A DNA stretch of 56,149 bases from Promethearchaeota archaeon. GTDB taxonomy: Archaea > Asgardarchaeota > Lokiarchaeia > Sigyniarchaeales > SOKP01. Below the pieces are notes generated by a model. The model was not told the origin of the DNA. It searched no databases and worked only from the letters and a program-made list of their open reading frames with translations. This document shows, one piece after another, positions 49,445 to 56,149 of the stretch. The position numbers and the translations under genes were made by a program. Every line of letters starts with the position of its first letter. Position 1 is the first letter of the stretch. Where the stretch lies: contig JBHLOC010000030.1 in the NCBI GenBank assembly GCA_048940925.1, positions 1 to 56,149 on the forward strand. The letters are read 5' to 3'.

Positions 49445-50689
49445 TTGATGGAAGATAAAACCAAATCCATTATAGTTGTAGGATTCAATACTCGTCCTTT
49501 AGTTTATTCTTTAAAAAATGCAGGATATGATGTCTATGCTGTAGACTTTTTCGGTGATTTAGATTTATATCCATATGTTAAGGATTCTATTATAATTGTA
49601 AATGCTTTAAATAGTAATTATAAGTCATTAAAAGATATATATAGCCAATTGTTAGTACAATTCGCGCTGCAATTACTTAGAAGATATCAAGATGTAAACT
49701 TTTTATTAATTGGGAGTGGATTGGATAATAATTATGAAGGAAGACAGCTTATTTTAGAGGAAATTAAGACAACCGACATAAAAAGTGTCAATAATGAACC
49801 AGAGATAATTGAAAAGGCAAGAGATATTGAAGTGATTTTTAAATTTTTGAAATCTCGCGGTTATAAAATTCCATTATCATATTCTTTTGAAAAATTCCAA
49901 TTGCAAAAATATTCTATGGCATATCCCTTTATCTTAAAGAAGAAACGAAGTGCTGGAGGTATTAATGTTTTTAAAATAAAAGATGAATCAAACTTACTTT
50001 CTCAAATAAAAATTTTAGAACAGAAAAAATTTATCCCATCAGAATGGTTGATTCAAGAATATATTGAAGGAACTCCTGTGAGTTGTACAGTGATTTCAAA
50101 TGGAAACGAATGTGAAATTATTACAATTAATCGTCAAATTATCGGAGAAAAATATCTAAATCCACCTAAAAGCTTTATGTATTGTGGAAATATTGTACCT
50201 GCAGAGCTTTTAAAAGAAGAAGAAAAAATGATTTCTGAATTGTCATTAAGTTTAACTAAAAATTTAGGATTAAAGGGAATTAATGGATTTGACTTTGTAC
50301 TAAAGCAGCATTATCCATATTTTATGGAATGCAATCCGAGAATCCCTGGTTCAATAAGTGCGTCAGAATCAGCGCTTAGCTTGAATCTTTTAGATTTACA
50401 TATTAAGAGTTTCATACCTAAAGAATGGAAAAATATTGAAAAATTGATTAAATCAGCAAAATCTAGTTCTGTTGTAACAAAATTAATCTATTTTGCCCCC
50501 AGAGAAATTGATAAGGGTATTTTACCAAAAATTAATAACTTAGATTTTATTTATGATAAATCTGAACCGACTAAAAACGTTCTAAAGGGTGAACCTTTAT
50601 GTACTATTTTATATAGTGCAAAAAGTTTCTCTGAATCCTTTAATGGTGCAAAAAAAATTGTAAATCAAATAGAAAGTATTATTGAATGA
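49445..50689 (+). CDS. ATP-grasp carboligase of the archaeal type often linked to C1-cofactor synthesis
   Basis: GFNTRP, DFFGDLD, SAGG, QEYIEG, YCGN, GINGFD, ECNPR. Confidence 0.8.
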   Translation: MMEDKTKSIIVVGFNTRPLVYSLKNAGYDVYAVDFFGDLDLYPYVKDSIIIVNALNSNYKSLKDIYSQLLVQFALQLLRRYQDVNFLLIGSGLDNNYEGRQLILEEIKTTDIKSVNNEPEIIEKARDIEVIFKFLKSRGYKIPLSYSFEKFQLQKYSMAYPFILKKKRSAGGINVFKIKDESNLLSQIKILEQKKFIPSEWLIQEYIEGTPVSCTVISNGNECEIITINRQIIGEKYLNPPKSFMYCGNIVPAELLKEEEKMISELSLSLTKNLGLKGINGFDFVLKQHYPYFMECNPRIPGSISASESALSLNLLDLHIKSFIPKEWKNIEKLIKSAKSSSVVTKLIYFAPREIDKGILPKINNLDFIYDKSEPTKNVLKGEPLCTILYSAKSFSESFNGAKKIVNQIESIIE

Positions 50690-51416
50690 TTGTTTTAATT
50701 TTCGCAATTATTTGTCCTAATTTTCTCTCATCAGATTCGGGAACCGCAAGAGCTAGAATTCTATTTTCATCCAAATCATGGATGATTACAGAACCATTTT
50801 CACCTCCAATTATAGAATATTCCATTCCACTTTCTAATAGAACACCTGATAAATTGTATAGGGCAGCAATCATAGCTGAAAGGATTGGTTCTGGCATTGT
50901 CGATTGGATTTTAATAGGCAATCCGTCTTTTGTAATAATTGCTAATACGAGAGTATTTGGAATGGCTCTTTTAAGTCCTTTAAAAATTTCTTCCTTCAAT
51001 ATATCCGAAGTCTCTATTATAGCTGAAATTTGGAGAGCTAATTTTTGTAATTTAGATATATATATCTCTAATCCTTCAAGATCTGCCAATTCTCGATTTA
51101 AATAGGTTATCATAGTAATATTTTCAGTTAATATAGAGAGAACAATTCGATCTTTTCCTGTAATTAAATTATACGCTACGTCTTGATTTAAGGAATCTTT
51201 TAACATTTTTGATGATAGGAAAACTAAACTGCTGTTAGCTGCCGTGACCTCTCCCACTGTCATATTAATCGACTTTTTAAACTTACTTGCTACTTTAGTA
51301 CCCTCAGGTGTCCCAACATTAATACCTAATATTGCTGGTCCTGATTCAAGTACTTTATCTATTATTTCGGATATGTCTGACTCTAATTCTGCAATTATTT
51401 TTTCTTGGTCTTCCAT
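50679..51416 (-). CDS. tandem roadblock/LAMTOR2-like domain protein
   Basis: Two ~120-aa alpha-beta units: INVGTPEGTKVAS and LAIITKDGLPI...SAMIAAL...IIGGENGSVII. Confidence 0.75.
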   Translation of the reverse strand: MEDQEKIIAELESDISEIIDKVLESGPAILGINVGTPEGTKVASKFKKSINMTVGEVTAANSSLVFLSSKMLKDSLNQDVAYNLITGKDRIVLSILTENITMITYLNRELADLEGLEIYISKLQKLALQISAIIETSDILKEEIFKGLKRAIPNTLVLAIITKDGLPIKIQSTMPEPILSAMIAALYNLSGVLLESGMEYSIIGGENGSVIIHDLDENRILALAVPESDERKLGQIIAKIKTIIQ

Positions 51417-51514
51417 GATTGAATATATGTATCTTTGAAAATAAAAAGATATTCTAATAATTAAGTAATAATAATAAGATAAAACGAATGAAGAATATTT
51501 AGTATCCTAAACAA

Positions 51515-52636
51515 ATGAAATCTAAAAAAAATTACTGTGTAATAGTTTTAGCTGCAGGGTATGCAACAAGATTAAGACCACTTTCAGAAAAAATCCCAAA
51601 ACCATTAATAAATGTTAACGGAAAAACAATAATTTCTCGAATTATATCGAGTTTTAGAGAAGCGGGATTTAGTAAGTTTTGTATTGTATTAGGGTATAAG
51701 AAAGAAGAGATAAAAAAAGAGGTCTTAAAAGCTAAAGATGTCGAAATATATTTTGTAGAACAAAAGTTCCCTATTGGAATGGCGGATGCTATTTTATTAA
51801 GTATAAAGCAAATCACACTAGAAATAAAAAATATTACCAATTTTTTCATAACGGCGGCAGATATTCTCTTTTCAAAAAGCAAAATAATTAAAATTTTCAA
51901 TCTTTATAAAAACTCTAAGGCAGATATAATCTTAGCCTTAATGAAATCACATGAAATTGAAATAGCAGAAGGACATGGAAATGTAGAAATATTAAAAGAC
52001 TCCGATGTAGTTAATAATACAGATCCTACTAATGGATTGATTATTACTGATATTATTGAGAAACCAAAAGCTCACCAAATTTTAAGCGACTATTATTCTT
52101 TACCACTTTACTTAGTTAATCAAAGAATTGTAAATTATTTAGAAACAATTAAAATCTCTAAACGAGGGGAAAAAGAATTCCAAGATTCGATAAAGAAAGC
52201 AATTATACAAGGTGAAAAAATACGAGGTTTAAACATTATCACACATTTAATTACTAATAACAATATCGGTCAATATCATCTAACCAGTCTAAAAGACATT
52301 ATTAAAATGAACAAAAGATTCTTAAAAGGTTCGATTCATGAGAAAATTCAAAATGATTCACTAAATATTATTGAACCTATTAGAGTTAATGGTAATATTT
52401 ATATTGAAAATAATGTTCGATTAGGGCCCTATGCTATTATTGGTAAAAATTGTAAAATTGGAAAGCATTCTAAATTATCAAATGTGATACTGTTCGATAA
52501 TGTGGATATTGGTGATTATTGCAAATTAAATTGGTGTATATGTGATGAAAATATAAATATATCAAATAACTCAAGCCTGATAGATTGTTTTATAACAAAA
52601 AATGAAAAAAACCAATTGGAAATAATAAATTTTTAA
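51515..52636 (+). CDS. sugar-phosphate nucleotidyltransferase with a C-terminal beta-helix
   Basis: LAAGYATRLRPL...PKPL, EQ...GMADA, IIEKP, hexapeptide repeats. Confidence 0.88.
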   Translation: MKSKKNYCVIVLAAGYATRLRPLSEKIPKPLINVNGKTIISRIISSFREAGFSKFCIVLGYKKEEIKKEVLKAKDVEIYFVEQKFPIGMADAILLSIKQITLEIKNITNFFITAADILFSKSKIIKIFNLYKNSKADIILALMKSHEIEIAEGHGNVEILKDSDVVNNTDPTNGLIITDIIEKPKAHQILSDYYSLPLYLVNQRIVNYLETIKISKRGEKEFQDSIKKAIIQGEKIRGLNIITHLITNNNIGQYHLTSLKDIIKMNKRFLKGSIHEKIQNDSLNIIEPIRVNGNIYIENNVRLGPYAIIGKNCKIGKHSKLSNVILFDNVDIGDYCKLNWCICDENINISNNSSLIDCFITKNEKNQLEIINF

Positions 52637-52686
52637 ATCCAAATCGTTATAGTAAAAATATAGAATAAAAAATATTGTGATTTCTT

Positions 52687-53487
52687 ATGGAATATGAATT
52701 CAAGAAACAATTAGAAACAAAAGATAATCTTCTTAAGTTAAAAGATGAGCAAGTTAAAACATTGGAAAACTCATTGAGGTTGAAAGATGAGCAAATAAGC
52801 ACTCTTGAAAATTCGTTAAAGATCAAAGATGAAAAAGCCGAAACCTTAGAAAAAACTATTAAATTAAAAGAAGATGAAATAAGTAAATTGAAGTCTTCTG
52901 CACTTGATCCAAATGTCGTGAAAGTAAAAGATGAAAAACTTGAAGAACTTGAAAAGGAAATAGACATATTAAATAAAGAATTAGCTAAAGCTGATGAAGA
53001 TTTAGAAAACTTAGAACTAGAAAATGAGAAACTTAGGAGTGCTAAATCTAGCTCTACAGATTTAAAAATAATAGATTTTACAAATGGTCAAATCAGTAAA
53101 TCAGAGATTCTTGAAAAGATGAGAGATATTTTGCAACACGCTATTTCTAATGCTACAATTGTTGTTCCTAGTATCGAAGATTTACAAGACCTTTATTTAT
53201 ATGAAATTAAAGCTTCTACTACTTTAAAGATTGCTTGTTCAATTAATCCTGGAATAGAAGATAATAATGAACTATTAGATGAATTTGAAACATTTGATAA
53301 TATTTCTATTAGAAATTATGAAAGAAAAGACAGATATGCCCTTATTCGAGATGGAGAAGAATTATTTGTCGCAGTTATCGGAAATTCTGTAAATAATCAT
53401 TTAACCTTTTATACAAAAGATTCAAACCATATTCGATTATTAAGTCCTTTAATAACAGAATCTTGGATACAAAGTAGGAAAATATAA
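52687..53487 (+). CDS. coiled-coil repeat protein with a C-terminal alpha/beta domain (TrmB-C/PLD-like)
   Basis: 14-aa repeats and heptads, then A...ATIVVP...IRNY...IRDGEELF. Confidence 0.7.
   Translation: MEYEFKKQLETKDNLLKLKDEQVKTLENSLRLKDEQISTLENSLKIKDEKAETLEKTIKLKEDEISKLKSSALDPNVVKVKDEKLEELEKEIDILNKELAKADEDLENLELENEKLRSAKSSSTDLKIIDFTNGQISKSEILEKMRDILQHAISNATIVVPSIEDLQDLYLYEIKASTTLKIACSINPGIEDNNELLDEFETFDNISIRNYERKDRYALIRDGEELFVAVIGNSVNNHLTFYTKDSNHIRLLSPLITESWIQSRKI
52732..52899 (+). repeat. four in-frame 42-bp (14-aa) tandem repeats
   Basis: LKLKDEQVKTLENS / LRLKDEQISTLENS / LKIKDEKAETLEKT / IKLKEDEISKLKSS. Confidence 0.85.
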
Positions 53488-53509
53488 AAATTCTATCTCT
53501 TAATTCTTT

Positions 53510-54232
53510 CTAAGTTAAAAAGATAGGACATTTTTGTCTTTCACATTTATCATTAATGTCTGAAAAAATACATTTATTATAAGTATATTCCAATTCAACG
53601 TTGAAATTTTCTTTTAAAAAAGCTAAAGATTCGCATATTGATAATTTTACTGATCTCTTACAACAATGCTCCAGATTATCTGCGATCTTTGCTAATGACC
53701 TTGATGTCATTTGGTTGGCTAAAGTTCTAGGTTTATCTGTAGAAGGGGTTGCACCTGTGAAAATACTGATTGCAACTCCAGATCCCATGCCTGCTCCACA
53801 TGATCCGTAAAACCCACACCATCCTCCAGGGATCTTAGAGGCTCTTCTAATTGCTTCTTTAATATCAAATAAGGATATTTCATGCCCGTTTGGTTTCATA
53901 ATATTATTATTCCTAAGAGCTGTTAAGATAACTGCAGGTGTTAATACATGATGCTCAGGCCCATATACTTTAAACTTGGGGTGCTTCATTATTAAATCTG
54001 CTAATTCAAATGGATTTTTAATAGTAGTGTCTTCACAAAGCTTTTCAATAATTTCGATTGGACCTTTTGAATGACAATTATCACAAACATAATGTCCTTG
54101 TTCACAATAGATATTTGTATTAAATATTTTTCCACAAAACTTACATTCAAGATCTTTATAATCCTTTTGATATGTGGCATAAACTAAATTCATACCACAA
54201 ATCTCACATTTATCTCTATTATCTTTAGTCAA
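53510..54232 (-). CDS. Cys-rich DUF5714-like protein
   Basis: N-terminal CxxC clusters, GPEHH, PGGWCGFYGSCGA, CCKR, terminal C..CP. Confidence 0.75.
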   Translation of the reverse strand: MTKDNRDKCEICGMNLVYATYQKDYKDLECKFCGKIFNTNIYCEQGHYVCDNCHSKGPIEIIEKLCEDTTIKNPFELADLIMKHPKFKVYGPEHHVLTPAVILTALRNNNIMKPNGHEISLFDIKEAIRRASKIPGGWCGFYGSCGAGMGSGVAISIFTGATPSTDKPRTLANQMTSRSLAKIADNLEHCCKRSVKLSICESLAFLKENFNVELEYTYNKCIFSDINDKCERQKCPIFLT

Positions 54233-54246
54233 CTTTAACCATTAAT

Positions 54247-55098
54247 TTAAATTTCTATGAATGATTTTTTTCTTTTTTCAAAATGCACTAATTGATTATA
54301 ACCAACCTTTTTCAACAATTTAATCATTTTTTTAAATTTCCAAGCAATATCCTGAGGTTTATGAGCATCTGAACCCAACAAAATAGGGATATCAAGAGAA
54401 TACATCTCTCTTATAATTTGTTTTTTAGGGTATTGCTCTCTACAATCTTTCCGTAACCCACTACTATTGATTTCCATTACGACATCTCTTTTTTTTATAA
54501 GTTCTAATGCCTTTATTACCTCATTGTTTATCATTTCTTTATTTTTAGGAATATCATTGAATTTTTTTGGTAAATCGAAGTGAGCAATAATATCAAAGTC
54601 AAATTCTTGAGAAGTTACCATTTTTTGAAGTGATTGGTAATAAAACATATAGACTTTATCTACACCATAATAATCATAATCACTCTTAAATCTGGAATCG
54701 TCAAAACCCCAAGCACCCCTTCCATCAAAGAAATTTAAAATATGTATTGAGGCTAATATAAAGTCTAATCTTTTTTTAACATTATTTAGATGCTGGTTTA
54801 AAACAGGCTCTTGATTCTTAAAGTAATCTATTTCAAATCCTAGCCTAATAATAATATCTTTTTTATATTTCTCTTTTAAATTTTCTGTGGTAGATAAATA
54901 TAATTCAATTTCTGGCACGGTTATTGCATAATCAGTATATGGAATCCTTTCAATGTTATTAAGAAACTCATAAGGAAAATGGTCACTAATACCTATTGTT
55001 CTGAGTTTAAGATCAATAGCTTTAATGACATACTCTTCGATTGTGCCTTTTGCATGATGACATAATTCGTTATGTGTATGCCAATCCTCAAAAATCAT
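54247..55098 (-). CDS. histidinol-phosphatase, PHP family (HisJ/HisK)
   Basis: DWHTH..LCHHA, ISDH, GFEID, SIH, AHFDL, GSDAH. Confidence 0.88.
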   Translation of the reverse strand: MIFEDWHTHNELCHHAKGTIEEYVIKAIDLKLRTIGISDHFPYEFLNNIERIPYTDYAITVPEIELYLSTTENLKEKYKKDIIIRLGFEIDYFKNQEPVLNQHLNNVKKRLDFILASIHILNFFDGRGAWGFDDSRFKSDYDYYGVDKVYMFYYQSLQKMVTSQEFDFDIIAHFDLPKKFNDIPKNKEMINNEVIKALELIKKRDVVMEINSSGLRKDCREQYPKKQIIREMYSLDIPILLGSDAHKPQDIAWKFKKMIKLLKKVGYNQLVHFEKRKKSFIEI

Positions 55099-55164
55099 AT
55101 CACGTTTATTAAATAATATAAATAAGATAAAATTATTGATTACGTTGTAAAAGCTGATTTTTTA

Positions 55165-55416
55165 TTGGAACTTACAGAAAAGCAATTTGATGAACAATTA
55201 GAAATCGAGAATTTTAAAAATCAGTTGAAATTGAAAAAACTAAAAATAATTGTTGGAGAAAATGATAAATTGACCACTATAACAGAAATAAACCGAGTAT
55301 TTCAAAATGCAAAAATAAATTTTGAGCTTTCTGTGATAAAGGGTGCAGATCATGACTTATATAATGAAGAAGAATTAGAAAAAGCGAATAAAGAATTAAT
55401 TAATTATTTCATGTAA
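55165..55416 (+). pseudogene. C-terminal fragment of an alpha/beta hydrolase
   Basis: IIVGEND and IKGADH (catalytic Asp/His) but no nucleophile motif; in-frame stop at 55123. Confidence 0.5.
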
Positions 55417-55430
55417 GTATTATTTCTTTA

Positions 55431-55931
55431 ATGGTGATTAAATTGGCAAAATATCATATGAGAAGGATTGAAAAAGAAATTTCAAATAAAGAAGAATTGA
55501 CAGATATCCTGAAGAATGGAAAATATACTACTATTTCGCTTTGTAAAGAGAATGAACCTTATATAGTCACATTGAGTTATGGATATGATGTTAATAAACC
55601 TGCTTTGTATTTTCATTGTGCTAAAGAAGGACAAAAGATAGATTTTATAAAATTTAATCCTAATGCGTGTGGAACGGTATTAGAAGAGAACGGATACATA
55701 GATGGATGTGGTCAAGCATTTCGTTCAGTGGTATACAGAGGAAGGATGGAAATTATTGAAACATTAGAAGAGAAAAAGAAAGGATTAGATATTTTAATTG
55801 ATCATTTAGAACATGATCCCATTCCTATTAAAAATAAATTTCTAAATAAAGTTAGTAGTTATGAAAAATTAGGAATGTTGAGATTAGATATAACTGATAT
55901 TTCTGGTAAAGAGGAAAAAGCAGAATCTTAA
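55431..55931 (+). CDS. pyridoxamine 5'-phosphate oxidase-like (NimA-type) flavin-binding protein
   Basis: MRR.EKEI, PYIVTLSYGY, LYFHCAKEGQK, FRSVV. Confidence 0.85.
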   Translation: MVIKLAKYHMRRIEKEISNKEELTDILKNGKYTTISLCKENEPYIVTLSYGYDVNKPALYFHCAKEGQKIDFIKFNPNACGTVLEENGYIDGCGQAFRSVVYRGRMEIIETLEEKKKGLDILIDHLEHDPIPIKNKFLNKVSSYEKLGMLRLDITDISGKEEKAES

Positions 55932-55952
55932 AAAAATAATAAAATCCTCTAT

Positions 55953-56149
55953 TTAATTATTTACAAACTTAAAGACGATTTGCCAACAATATTTCTTAAA
56001 AAAATTGATTTTGTATAAAGGTTTTTCAATAAAATTTAGAAATTTATAAGTTGTTCTAAAGACTGTTTTGCTTTTTATAAACCTCTGTAGAACTCTTGCA
56101 AAAGGAGATATTAAGAAAAATTCATAATGCTCAATATTACCAAAAATCT
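55953..56149 (-). CDS. C-terminus of a gene truncated by the window edge (possibly a SAM-dependent methyltransferase)
   Basis: Open frame IFGNIEHYEFFLISPF...FLNFIEKPLYKINFFKKYCWQIVFKFVNN*. Confidence 0.55.
   Translation of the reverse strand, partial: IFGNIEHYEFFLISPFARVLQRFIKSKTVFRTTYKFLNFIEKPLYKINFFKKYCWQIVFKFVNN

Noticed and set aside
1-56149. Selenocysteine readthrough/SECIS, tRNA, rRNA, CRISPR arrays, IS elements, replication origin
   Set aside because: I saw no TGA interrupting a recognisable domain, no GC-rich structural RNA block, no repeat-spacer array, no transposase and no cdc6 or origin boxes. This was inspection by eye only.

Overview
AT-rich archaeal chromosomal window, most likely from an Asgard archaeon of the Lokiarchaeia. 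This is inferred from TFB, PAN, AfpA, a tandem roadblock protein, three Rpn11-like JAMM proteins and Loki-type hypothetical domains. Contents, in order: a MoxR AAA+/VWA pair; a Mo/W-cofactor and tungstate-uptake cluster (moeA x2, moaB, moaE, moaD, moaA, moaC, mop, a sulfite-oxidase-family protein, tupABC); a gamma-carbonic anhydrase-like gene; a coiled-coil/winged-helix gene pair; a kinase-like gene; AfpA; IscS; an SLC13 permease; an RMD1-like gene; a methyltransferase-Ddl fusion; MobA; TFB; PAN; a beta-CASP nuclease; IscU; a copper-export locus; an MFS transporter; a JAMM cluster; a ChlD-like AAA-VWA gene; and housekeeping genes. No rRNA, tRNA, CRISPR array or transposase was recognised. Strongest unexplained signals: (1) a slippery heptamer plus hairpin that could fuse MoxR to its VWA partner by -1 ribosomal frameshifting; (2) a 44-aa acidic Sem1/DSS1-like microprotein opposite PAN, missed by the ORF track; (3) two ModE-type palindromes upstream of the moa and tup operons; (4) a Cys/His metal-binding module repeated on the CopA tail, with an internal ribosome-binding site and a free-standing copy; (5) three intact JAMM proteases carrying long helical tails. 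All family calls come from motif reading; no database searches were run.
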